This document shows positions 1 through 12,906 of a DNA stretch of 64,000 nucleotides, one piece after another; positions within the stretch are counted from its first letter, which is position 1, and each line of letters opens with the position of its first letter. Under the pieces are notes generated by a model, which had not been told where the DNA came from, did not search any database, and saw only the letters and a program-made list of their open reading frames with translations. Location: positions 62,806,001-62,870,000 of the forward strand of contig NC_043010.1 of assembly GCF_006345805.1 (NCBI RefSeq), given 5' to 3'. Made by a program: the position numbers and the translations under genes. The stretch is from Octopus sinensis (Eukaryota).

Positions 1-844
1 AAGAATGATGCTGTGCTGAGCTGACACCTGTAGTATTCATTAAAACAGGTGTGTTCAGACCACTAATTGGAATCGTTTTACATAGTTCGTCAGCAGAAAC
101 CGGGGTCAAATGGCGTGAAATGTCATGTCTGTCTCCATGCAGAAATTCCTTCTTTAAAAGATTGCCACACTTTGCATTCGAGAGTACCGAAGTCATATTG
201 GTTTTGTCGTGAGGGTGAATAGTCTGAGAGCAACTGTAATGGTTGGTATGAGTACGTTCGTGCTTGTTTAGGTGGTCTTTCCGAGAGAAAGCTTTCGTAC
301 AAATCTGACAACAAAACGGCTTCTCCCCAGAATGGGTTCGTTGATGGATTTTCAATTTGTCATTTCGAGAAAAAGCTTTTGGGCAAATATGGCAGACAAA
401 TGGTTTTTCTCCTGAGTGAGTTCTGGCATGGTTTTTTAGCTTGTCTTTACGAGCAAAAGCCATCGGGCAGATATCACATGCAAATGGGCGTTCCCCTGTG
501 TGGGTCCGTTCGTGGATCTTTAGCTTGTCCCTTTCTGGGAACGCTTTACAGCAGAAGACACAGATGAAATGCTTCCCTAGTTCGGGAGCCAATTCGTGTT
601 TCTTCAGATATGCACGGAGGGTGAACCGCTTACGGCAGACATTGCATTTGTAGGGTTTCTTGTCGATGTACGACTGCCGGTAGCTGACATAGGTGTACGG
701 ATTGGACAAGGGCGGTGTTGATGGGCTTGGGGTCGTGAACGGACCGAAGCCGTAGGAGTGATTGTTTCCAACAACGGGTGAGAATTGAACCTCTTGGTTT
801 GCGTACATGCTGATTGTTCTATTTAGGAGTCTGAGGCGTAATTG
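1..844 (-). CDS. C2H2 zinc-finger protein, main coding exon, runs off window start
   Basis: Manual translation is open from 844 to base 1: QLRLRLLNRTISMYANQEVQF...KPYKCNVCRKRF...FICVFCCKAFPERDKLKIHERTHTGERPFACDICPMAFARKDKLKNHARTHSGEKPFVCHICPKAFSRNDKLKIHQRTHSGEKPFCCQICTKAFSRKDHLNKHERTH. Four canonical fingers plus one degenerate finger, with TGERP/SGEKP linkers. Acceptor-like tttcatAG at 845-846; first ATG at 808. Confidence 0.93.
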
Positions 845-3800
845 CTATGAAAGTATGCTGATGACGATCTTGATGATGATATTGATAACACTGATGAAGA
901 TGATGATATGACGATGACTAGCAGTTTGGTGAGGGACTTACATATAAACTTACCAAAATGTAACGTAATTAACTAGATAATTAACTAGACATCTTAACAT
1001 ACATAGAGTAACTATATTTCATCAACAACTACATGTGACTGTATATGGTTATAATATATATATATAATCGTATATAGTTATATAATTACTACACTATGAC
1101 TGAAAATAGAGGAGCACTAGACTAGAAACATCCACAGTTTCAGTTTAATCACAGCCTAGACAGACCTTATAACTGTCTATGGTCTACGGAGAAGGAACTA
1201 TGTATAAACTATACCAGTTATATACTGGGGTGACAGACACGAATGACAGTTATTCAAGTAGACTGGAGCAGTTTACTTTTATGAAGACCAACTCTTGAAC
1301 GATTTTGTGTTTGAGGTTTAATTAGGGGCTGATCAACTGCAGTCAGCCCAAACTTAAACACAGAGAAAGGGCACTGACTACGGACCATGGTGAGGGAAGG
1401 GGTCAACTAAAAGGTGGGTAAGCGGTAGGGTTAATGCAGTATTAAAAGATATGGAGATTAGTCCATTTAGGGAACACACAAAATAGGGGTTCCACAGAGT
1501 AACTAACCCCTAAACTATCCCTTACATGTACAATCATCTTTATGCCCTTAACAAAAGTCTGTAAGGAATCACTTGACTTGCAAAAAGTAACAGCCAGCTA
1601 TCCCTCAAACCACAGCCTACTGTCTTAAACAAGGAAAGGAAGCATTAAAAAATATGGTCCTAGATATCCCCTAAAAAGACAGGATGGTCATGGCTGGAGC
1701 ACCTTTGATCATGGGTCTGCTTGTTAGACAACAACTCTTAACAAAACAGAGTGATGATACAGGAGAGAAGGAGTGATCAAATTCTATGAAAGGGGTCAGT
1801 TTTATTTTGGAATGGCAAAAAGTGTAATATTGTGAAATAGCAGGGGTTAATTTTTTTCCTCCTTTATTAAAGCATGTTAGTTATAGACCCTTGTCAAACG
1901 TCCCCCACTAAAATGGTAGCGTATATATTCTTATATTTCTGTATATAGTTCACAGATGAGATCCAGATATTTCTGTACAAAACATGAAATCATGGTATAT
2001 ATATTAGTGTATATATGTATTAGTTGGGGAGGGTCATTTCTGGATGCTAGCACAATGTAATCAGTGGAATGTAATGGCAGCACAAAATAATAATTGGAGT
2101 TTATCCAATTTCCCGTAGAAGATCAGGAACCGTCATGGGAAAAATATTAACGGACAGCAGGTCTTGTTCTTTAGTTGCACTGGATGGTCAGCAATGGATT
2201 CTCTCAGGGTGTATACAGGTTGATTCAATATCCTGAAAGGAGAAAATGGTAACATTAACGATGATGATAACTATAATAATGATTGATTTTAATTTAGAGA
2301 CAAGATTAAGGCAGTGAGCCGGCAGAGCTGCCGTAACTGTCCAGGGAGAAATGTTGGGTGGTATTTCTCCCAACTTGGTGTTCTGAGTTCAAATGCCACT
2401 GGCAATGATTTTTGCCTTTCATCCCTTTCGGGATCGATAAAATAAGTACCAGCTGTGTACTGGAGTCGATGTAATTAGCTTGTTTGAAGCCATATCCTGT
2501 TTTATGTTCAGACTAGACAGATCAGACCTCTCACACCTGTTATCTAAAAATATTCCTTATAAGAGAGTTTATAAAGAAACAAATGCAGGAACAGGTGTGG
2601 AGAATGGCTGTCATTTCTTCTATATAAAAACATTTCATTAATAACGAAAAATATTTTTAATATTATCAACATAATCGCAACTTGGATTCTCAAAAGCCTG
2701 ATTCTGTAAAACTTCATGGACTTCGTCCAGTGTGCTAATGATTCTGCCAGCTCACTGCTTTGATACAACAACAACAACAACACCAATCTAGGTGCATTGC
2801 AAAAGTCAGCATTACTTGGAACTGCACATTGTGTAAAGTACTGTCTGTCTGAGGCTCTTGTGACTTGACAAACAGTTCAAACCCCCGGTAGAAAACAATA
2901 TTTTCAAGCAACAACCTCATGATATTGCATACTGTGCGACATCTATAATAATAATAATAATTGTTTCTAGTACAGACACAATTTTCTCCAGGATGTGAGA
3001 TTGCTGGAGATTAATGTTCCTCCTGGACATCTGCAAAGTGACGGCTGCAGGAAAGACATGTGAAGTTTGGCAAGTACAGGGGGGTTGATAACCTGGGGAG
3101 GAAGGACTAGGTATACATGTTAATAGAGGGCCTGAGGGGAGGGATTCAATGAGTGATGAGATGAAATGAAAGGAGTGAGTTTGAAATACCTAAGACCATC
3201 CTGCTGCATTAATAACAGCAGAACAAAGTCAGAAAGAGGAGACGGCATATTTATGGAGCAGATGGTGGTCATGCATCTGTCAATGACTTAACAGATTATA
3301 TTCTGTCAAATGCTCATTTATTCACATTGGTTTTAATTAACCATGCATTCACTCATTGCTTTGATATTTTGATGATGTGATTGTATATTCTTACAATGAC
3401 ATTGTAGAACAGGTGTGAGAGGCCTGATCTGTCTGGTCTGAACATAAAACGGGAGATGGCAGGTTAAACCCTTCAGCCTTCAAATAAGTCATATCAGGCC
3501 CAAAACATTCGGCCTGCTTTATACTCAAACCAGCTAGATCAGGCCTCTAACACCTTACCGACAATGTCATTCTAAAAGTAAACAATCACATCATCGAAGT
3601 TCATGAAGTTTTTTTTACAGAATCAGGCTTTTGAGAATCCAAGTTGCGATTATGCTGATAATATTAAAAATATTTCTCGTTATTAACGAAATGTTTTTAT
3701 TTAGAAGAAATGACAACCATTCTCCACTGCTGCTCCAAGGAATATCTTTAAATAACAATTTGCGGAAATATATGTCTGAGAGTGCAGATTTGATGTTTCA

Positions 3801-4159
3801 AATAGAAAAATACGGAAAAGAAAAAAAAATCCCGTAACCGTTACGGGAATTGGTGAAATGAATTCTTTTCTCTGTATTTTACGAACAACTTCGAAGATGT
3901 ATCTGTGTGAAATTTTGCAAAAGATATGCTTTTTCAGAAAGTCAGGAGGAAATATAGCCAGGAGGCACCAAACTATGTCTATACCAAAATTCTAATTAAT
4001 TTAAATTAAAAACAAACGAAAAGAAAAATCATTAACGATGTATTCTGGTTAAAACAGGTAAGGGAGACAACTCAAAAATTTCAAACAAAAATTGTAAGTA
4101 AAATAACTTCGATGTTATCGGCGGCTTGAAATAAGAATTTCTATACAGTAAGTTGTGAG

Positions 4160-4190
<31 letters not shown>

Positions 4191-4768
4191 CAAAGAGAGA
4201 GGGAAGAAGGGAGATGTGTTGGTGGGAGATATGAAATTTATTTACGTATATTTTTAAATATAAAAAACTTTACTATAAAACTATGAAAGTTAAAAATAAA
4301 ACCAATGAATGAATTATAGAAGCAAAATTGGAGATGAAAAACAGCTGTAGAGAAAAAATACAATTTTAAAACTGTTTAAACATCAAGCAGAGATATATGT
4401 GGTTTACAGTATGTCGGGGAAGAAATATCTTGTTTCTTCCCCGACATACTCTGATTGGGTTGGCCTGACATCGAAGGTATTATAATACCTGTCTCGTGTG
4501 TATTTAAGAACTGCATTGTCCAATATGTCCTTCTTGGAGTAAGACAGTAGAATGTGATTCGATGGAGATACGACTGCTATTTCTAACAAGCCGATGGACC
4601 AGGCGGAGCCATATAAAATTGTGTCTGATAAAACATTATATATATATATACAATTTAAAAATAGGATAAAAACATCATAAGAATTTATCAAGTAGTTAGC
4701 GTGAAAAACCTCATAAGAGAAAAAAAAACATCAATTTTTTTCTTTTAAATTTATTTATTTATATTATA

Positions 4769-4978
4769 TAGAGGGCACTATTACACATAGATGCCTCACA
4801 CTAGGAGGGACTCTTAAAGTCAAAACTACTAATATAAATAAACACATCGTACCGAAACAATTCTCGAAGCAGGTCATTTAAAAACGGAACTGTTTTGGTA
4901 CAATAATTTGTCTATTTATTTTAGTAGTTTGACTTTAAGAGTCCCTCCTAGCGTGAGGCATCTAGGTGTAATAATGCC

Positions 4979-4983
<5 letters not shown>
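4769..4983. mobile_element. MITE with ~75-bp terminal inverted repeats in a TA context
   Basis: tagagggcactattacacatagatgcctcacactaggagggactcttaaagtcaaaactacta... is matched by its reverse complement ending gccctcta at 4983. Confidence 0.85.
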
Positions 4984-5057
<74 letters not shown>

Positions 5058-5611
5058 GATAGATAAGGAATGGAAGTGGTACATTTAAAAAAGAATTTCT
5101 TCGCATTTTAGTAAATTTAGTCGCTAAGCCACGAGTTGTATGGTGACCATCTGTTTATCGAAATTCCTTTTTTTCAATATGGGACGAAGTGTGTAAGTTG
5201 CGATGTTAAACTTGTTTTACTACATATTGTCCACCTTTTGTCATCTGTACTAGCTGCATAAATTATTCCTACACTTGGATCCATGGATTCACTTAGCTAT
5301 TACAATATATATAAGCGTGTGTGTAGGCGCATGTAGGTACAAGCTTAAACAAAGTACACGTGACATTTGACCCCAGCATGGATCTATGCAGCATTGCTCA
5401 TCTAACCTACTGACCTTTCTACGGCCCATTACAGGCTTTAAACAGAATGTATACATAAATTTTATCTATTTATCTATATGTAGGGCTGTATAACAAATGG
5501 TTGGGCTGTTCACTATATTTTTCTATGTTTATGACGGACTTCATAACTACTGGCAACATACGCGAAACGTACACAAATTTGAAGAATAATATACGCGCTT
5601 ATGTGTATATG

Positions 5612-6000
5612 CTCTTTGCTCTTTTACTTGTTTCAGTCATTTGACTGCGGCCATGATGGAGCACCGCCTTTAGTCGAGCAAATCGACCCCGGGACTTATT
5701 CTTTGTAAGCCCAGTACTTATTCTATCGGTCTCTTTTGCCGAACCGCTAAGTAACGGGGGCATAAACACACCACCATCGGTTGTCAAGCAATGCTAGGGG
5801 TACAAACACAGACACACACATATATATACATATATACGACAGGCTTCTTTCAGTTTCCGTCTACCAAATCCACTCACAAGGCATTGGTCGGCCCGGGGCT
5901 ATAGCAGAAGACACTTGCCCAAGATGCCACGCGGTGGGACTGAACCCGGAACCATGTGGTTGGTTAGCAAGTTACTTACCACACAGCCACTCCTGCGCCT
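5612..6000 (-). mobile_element. tRNA-derived SINE family B with internal microsatellite
   Basis: Head aggcgcaggagtggctgtgtgg...gggttcagtccc (A/B boxes) and tail gactgaaacaagtaaaagag. Other copies at ~6430-6792, 25325-25852, 34054-34492 (+) and 51398-51781, plus many fragments. Confidence 0.85.
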
Positions 6001-7038
6001 ATATATATATATATTCTTTTTTTGCTTTAGACTGCGGCCATACTGGGGCACTGCTTTGAAGAATTTTTAGTCCGTATTTTTTTTAAAGCCTTGTACTTAT
6101 TCTATCGGTCGGCTCTTTTGCCGAATTCCTAGGTTATGGGGACGTAAGCACAGCAACACCGGCCTGTGAAGCAATGGTGGGGGGACAAACAAGTTTCTTT
6201 CGGTTTCCGTCTCCCAAATCCACTAAGAAGGCTTTGGTCAGTCTGAGATTATTAGTAAAGGACGCTTGCCCAAGGTACCACGCAATCGATTGAACCCAGA
6301 GCCGTGCCGTTGGGAAGCCAGATTCTTACGACACAACCCCACGTCTGAGAATAAAAGCGGCCAGCTGTAGAGAATCGGACCCTGGGCCTCTCAAATTTCG
6401 ATTGAGTGATAGCTATTTTATATATACATATACTCTTTACTCTTTTACTTGTTTCAGTCATTTGACTGCGGCCATGCTGGAGCACCGCCTTTAGTCGAGG
6501 AAATCGACCCCGGGACTTATTTGTAAGTCCAGTACTTATTCTATCGGTCTCTTTTGCCGAACCGCGAAGTAACGGGGGCATAAACACACCACCATCGGTT
6601 GTCAAGCAATTCTAGGGGGACAAACACAGACACACAAACACACACGCGTATATATATATATATACATATATACGACGGGCTTCGTTTAGTTTCCGTCTAC
6701 CAAATCCACTCACAAGGCTTTGGTCGGCCCGAGGCTATAGTAGAAGACACTTGCCCAAGGTGCCACACACTGGGACTGAACCCGGAACCACATATATATA
6801 GAGTGAGAGAGAGAGAAAGAGATGTGTGTATCTGATTATTAGAAATGATGTATAAATTAGTAATAAGCTAACCACCCTTAAGACATCGTTTCACTAGTCC
6901 CACCCGTAATTAAACATCCTGGCACACATTTATCTGTGTATGTGTGTGTATATATATTCTTTTATTCGTTTCAGCCATGCGGCTGCGATCATACTAGAGC
7001 ACCACCATATATACATACATACATATATACATACATAC

Positions 7039-7071
<33 letters not shown>

Positions 7072-7091
7072 TATATACATACATACATATA

Positions 7092-7123
<32 letters not shown>

Positions 7124-10100
7124 CATATATACACACACACACATACATATATACATACATACACACACACACATATATACATACATACACACACATATAT
7201 ATACATACATACATACACACATATATACATACATACACACATATATATACATACACACACACATATATACATACACACACACATATATACATACACACAC
7301 ACATATATACATACACACACACATATATACATACATACATATATATACACATACACACACACACACACATATATATATATACACACACACTCTATTTATA
7401 AGATACGCCTGCGTCTATCTCCAACGCATGTCCGTCTGTCTGTCTGTCCGTCTGCACTCTGTCAGTTGGCGACATACCCAGTGGGTGTGGTGGTTATCTT
7501 ACAGGCCAGGACAACAACATTCCGGACATAGCAGCAGCTAGTAAGAGCAGCCGGATTCTTCTCTCCCTCTTTGTCAGCTCCTTCCACTTGGAGAGGTAAA
7601 GGTTGAGGCGACTAACTAATACACACACACACACATACGCGCGCAGCCCTAAACCATTCCCCACCCCTGCTCATCACGAGTTCAACATGCCCACCCTATC
7701 CCCACATACACCCTCACAACTACCACTATCATCGTACTGAACCTCGCTGCCCTCCTACGCTAAACCACAACACCCCATTCTTAAACACGTTCAACTAGTA
7801 CAGCCGCAACCACCACCACCGCTGCGGCTGCCATGGTAAACCACTTCCCACCACCAACACCACCTCCACCGCCACAGTCGTATTAAACCAGTACACCCCT
7901 CCTCCGTACTAAACTATATTATACCTCCACCATCGACACCACGTTAAACTGCTATACCCACCACCATGGTGTTAAACCACTATACTTCCCTTCAGGGCCT
8001 GGCTCTCCATCGGTTTACCAGGATGAGTATTCCAGCTGATTTGACCAATAGAACAGCCTATTTACATTCCTGTAACTTAGCGGTTCAGTAAAAGTGATCA
8101 ACGCAATAAGTGCCAAGCTTAGAAACTGTAAGTGAAGTTTGGTTAAAAATTCTTGAAGTCAGTACCCCAACTTGGCCACACTCTGATGACTGAAACAAGT
8201 AAAAGCTAAAAGCTTCATTGGCAGCAGTGCACATCCCAGCGCAATATTGAGGGCTGGGGTAAGACAGCGAGCTGGCACAATCGTTAGCACGCTGGGTAAA
8301 ACCTTTAGTTGTATTTCATCTGCTGTTACGTTCTGAGTTCAAATTCCGCCAAGGTCAACTCTGCCTTTCATCCTTTTGGGGTCGATAAATTGAATACCAG
8401 TTATGCACTGGGGTCGATGTTATCGACTTAATCCCTTTGTCTGTCCTTGTTTGTCCCCCCTATGTTTAGCTGCTTGTGGGCAATAAAGAAATAAGAAACG
8501 TTAGCATGCTAGGCAAAATGCTTAGCGGTGTTTCATCAGTCGTAACGTTCTGAGTTCAAGTTCCGCCAAGGTCAACTTTGTCTTTCGTCCTTTTGGGGTT
8601 GATAAATTAAGTACCAGTTTTGTACCAGTTGTACCAGTTGTACCAGTTGGTCTAATCGAATAGCCACCCCCTCCCCCCAAATTTCAGGCCTTGTGCCTAA
8701 AGTACAAAAGAATATTGAGGGTTGGGCAAGTTATGGAGGTTGTCCATCTTTCTGTGGCTGTTTTTGGTATTGTTCAAAGGCTGAGCAGGGAAGATATTCA
8801 TGTTGTTGTTACTAGGGTGTTAAAGGTAGCGAGCAGGCAGAATCGTTAGCCTGCAGGGCAAAATGCTTAGCGGCATTTTTCATCCAGCATACATTCTGAG
8901 TTTAAATTCCACTGAGGTCAAATTTGCTTTCCATCCTTTTGGGGTCAATAAATTAAATACCAGTTGAATACCAGGGTTGATGTAATTGACCTACCCCCCA
9001 CACTGAAGTTGCTGGCCTTGTGTCAAAATTTGAACCTGTTATTAGGATGTTGCAGTTATGTATAGAACAAGGGTGGGGAAACCCCCACCCACAGGCGCAA
9101 TTGCACCCACAGGCTGATATACTTGTATGTACGAAATATAGTAAATTTTTCAATTGTAAAATTTATACAACACTCAAATACTTCTTTGTGACATTGGTCG
9201 CATTTCCACTACGACTTAAAACGGTTGGACTCAAACAGAAATCGTCCGGTAATTACCATTCGAATGGATATTTTGTTTCCACTATGGAACACATATTGCT
9301 AGGTTTGTAGCACCCCCTTGAAACTAGGCTTACAAAGAATAAGTCCTGGGGTTGATTTGTCCGACTAAACGTGGTGCTCCAGCATGGCCGCAATCAAATT
9401 ACTGAATCAAGTAAAAGAATAAAAGAATCTGCTTTGGAATTTGGTGGCTACTAGGGACCACAAGGCAGAATAAACTGCTTTTGGGGCCCTGGGGGTAGAG
9501 CTCATCTTATAATGCAAGGGGATTGTGTATTCTTTTCTACTGAATTTGGTGGGAGGGGATCAGCTATTCATGAGCCTTTCTGGGGGTCTGTGAATCTTAC
9601 ACCAAGACACACATTAAATCCCTACCTTTTAGAAGCACCACTGCTGACCCTAGCCTCCCTATGTTTAGAGATAACCCCTACAGCAAGGTGAAGTGAAGGC
9701 AATCATCATGTTACTTCCTTATGTATAGATGGATGCAAGGCTGTGTGGTTAAGAAGCCCATTTTATAACCATGGGGTGGCAGGTTCAGTCCCAATGCATA
9801 GCACCTTGGGTGAGCGTCTTCTACTTATAGCCCCAGGCCAATCAATGACTCGTGAGTGAATTTGGTACATAGAAACTGTGTGGAAGCCCATAATGCTTGT
9901 GCGTGTATGTGTGTCTTTGCCTTTGTGCATCTCCAATCACTACTTTACATCCAGTGTTGGTTTGTTTACATCCCATGTAACATAGCAGTTCAGCAAAGGA
10001 AATCGGCAGAATGGATACTTGACTTTAAAATAAGTACTGGAGTCCAATTCATTTGATTAAAAGCTTGAAAGTGTTGTCCCAGCATGGCCACAGTCTAATT

Positions 10101-11364
10101 AATGACTGACACAATTTATGGATAAAAGTTTGGTTGGTTCTTCCTGTTTGAGCATATCCTGGCAATATTAGAAACTGTGACTCGACAGGACCGGAGGTGT
10201 GGTGGGGTGGGAGTCTGTTGTCAAATAACCCAAGAATCCCCTCTTGGGGCCCTCATCAAAAGGGCACCACCCCAGAGGAAACTGGCTGAAGCGGCAAGGT
10301 GTAGGAGGAAATGGTTCCAGTTACAATGACACCCGGTGGTACTTACAGCTAGGTGGTCTGAGCCGTTAGGAAGGAAGGAAGTGTCTTGGTCATCTGGTCA
10401 TCTTGACCATGGTCATTGCAGCAATGGTGGCAAAACACAAACTGCTGTTGCCACCCACGATACCCCATCCCCACCCCCACTGCAACTGACTGTCCACTTC
10501 TCCCTCCCCTCCTCTCCTCTCTCTCTCCTATCAATTTGACCATCTGCCACTCTCAGTCACCTCATCTTCTACAATTAATGGATGGACACTCCCTCATCAT
10601 CAATTCAGCCACCACCAATGTCACCGCCGCCGCCGCCACAAGCACTACCACACCTACACACCAGCCCTATTGCCAGCACCACTTCAACCATGAGAACTGC
10701 AGCTCCACCACTTCTGTGACTACCACTTTAACAACCACCACCACCACCACCACCACCACCACTAACACTACCACCACCACCATCATTTTCTCACCTCCTT
10801 TGGCCATCATTGCTATGACCACCACTTCAACCCTCATCTTCCTCATCACCAGCAGCCACCACCCCTTCCTTCACCACCAACTTAAATGACCAGTACTTAG
10901 CTCAAGGTTCATGGCTATTATTGGTCTTGTTTAACCCTAGGTTGACAATACTGACCACCGGCCGGTATCATCAGTCAGGCCATCAACCCCTTTTTATGGC
11001 TATGTCTACCACTACGTCATCTAATTTGTACCATCTTTGACATAGTAAGCGGTGATTAGAGATAGATTTAGTTGTTATTTCTAGCAGAGCAGATGATCAT
11101 ATAGAAATCCCTTCATTGGCCTGTTTTCTGGTTTTAAATTGAGGAGGGATAGATCGCTCCTGGATAAGAAACTGGTCTGACCAAGGTAACACTTCTTACT
11201 GTGTATTTGATCAATCTCAGCTAACATTCATCATCATCATCATTCACTGTCCCCTTTTCTAGCAGTAAGGGCCTCTACAGATCACATGCCACATGTAGGA
11301 TAATCTCTTCATCTATCTATCTGTCTGTATATCTATCTATCCATCCATTTATCTATCTATCTAG

Positions 11365-12495
11365 CCTCCTTTTCCGCTTTTTGTGGAAGGGAGTAAACCA
11401 CTTGTAAGGCACTCCGTCTGCTGCCAGGAACCGCTCAAGGGTGGGTTAAGGATGCCCTGGTTTATGATGTGCAAACATGCGCTGAGGCTGAGACATCTCT
11501 GGCGCTACCTGGAGGGTGACAAGGTGTGGAATCCGCTGGCAGAGGAATTCTTCCCGCGACCAGCCCCTTGGAGAGATTCAAACCCGGTTTTATTAAAAGA
11601 CGCAATCTGACAGAATGGCAAAAGGAGTGTCGACAGGCACTCGTGTTGATCCAGAAGACGGGCAAGGCCGGCAGTGGGAATACCACCTTGGTTTTTTATA
11701 GAGGGCTGGTAGAGTTTAAAAATGATGATGTCCTAGGAGGGGCTTTGGGGTTTGATCAGAACCAGCTTACCAACCTATTCCCAAAGAATTTCAGGCCGGG
11801 GTATTTGGATAATTACCAAAAATCCCTGACAGTGCTACAAGAACACTTTACTTGTTCATGATAAGTTATCCAGGCACAAAATGGCAGTCAGTGCCATCGA
11901 CAAGTCCAAGATGTGGGCTGGACAATGAAAATATGCAGCACACTTTTGTACACTGTCGGAAGCTTTCAGGCTTGATAGTGTACGTTGAACACGTGTTGTC
12001 GCACCTGGGCAGAGTACAGCTATCAGCTGAATCTATAATAAAGATTGTGCCGTCCACTGGACTCTCGAAGGAAGGTGAGGCATGTTTTTTCCTTACAGTA
12101 GCAGTGTTGAAAGAGTGTGTTTGGAAGACTAGACTACAAGGACTCGTGACGGGAACCCTCATCTCTGGCCCTGGATTGCTCACCCTTTTCAGATATCATC
12201 TGAAGAGCAAGATAGGGCTGGAGAGGAGACGACTGTCGCGAGGTGTGTTTGACAAAAGATGGAAGGCTGTGGTAAGAAAGGTGGGTGCAAGTGACCCTGC
12301 TTAATCTTCATGGAAAAGGAAAAGGTGTAGTCGCTGGGCTCTTCAGCCCATCAAGATTTACCCCAAAAAAGTCAAATTATATATCATCCTAAATTTTTAA
12401 AAATCAAGTTTCATTCAAACTCATTATAACAATAATTGTTTGTATTGTCCTGTTTTGTCCCGTCTGTGTACGATAATAATTATCTTAATAAAAAA
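11365..12495 (+). mobile_element. 5'-truncated Tx1/L1-clade LINE, ORF2 C-terminus, frameshifted
   Basis: LLFRFLWKG / PLVRHSVCCQEPLKGGLRMP, a zf-RVT-like PRCGLDNENMQHTFVHC, stop at 12304, AT-rich 3' UTR ending aataaaaaa. Confidence 0.85.
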
Positions 12496-12529
12496 TTCAC
12501 CTCTAGCCGAACAGTTATTCTGTACTGAT

Positions 12530-12906
12530 GAAAGGAAATAACAACAAACAGATGTATTAGTTTAAGGCTTGGGAAGTGAGAAAATCTTTTATGTTTCGAG
12601 CCTATGCTCTTTGTTCTTCGACAGAAAGGAACAGAAATAAACAGGGAGAGAAAATTAGTAGCTAGCAATGGCTGCAAATAAAAAAAAATAAAAGAATATA
12701 GTCTGTTGTGTCTGGGGAGAGTCATTTTCTTTTGTGCCTTATAATGTAACACACTCACCGGTAAAATTTCCGCTTTTTTCTTATTTTTATTTTCCTAAAA
12801 TTTTCGTTTTGGGAAAATAAAAATAAGAAAAAAGTGGAAATTTTACCGGTGAGTGTGTTACATTATAAGGCACAAAAAGAAAATGACTCTCCCCAGACAC
12901 AACAGA
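12530..12906 (-). mobile_element. Penelope-terminus-like fragment with degenerate hammerhead (12585-12628) and ~99-bp fold-back
   Basis: Same CUGUCGA...GCUCGAAAC motif as 37012-37049. Inverted arms at 12702-12800 and 12807-12906. Confidence 0.6.

Noticed and set aside
4404-4691. 95-aa minus-strand ORF
   Set aside because: Starts in TA-rich sequence, with no recognisable domain or splice support.
12525-12540. CTGATGA...GAAA as a hammerhead core
   Set aside because: No stem II between the motifs.
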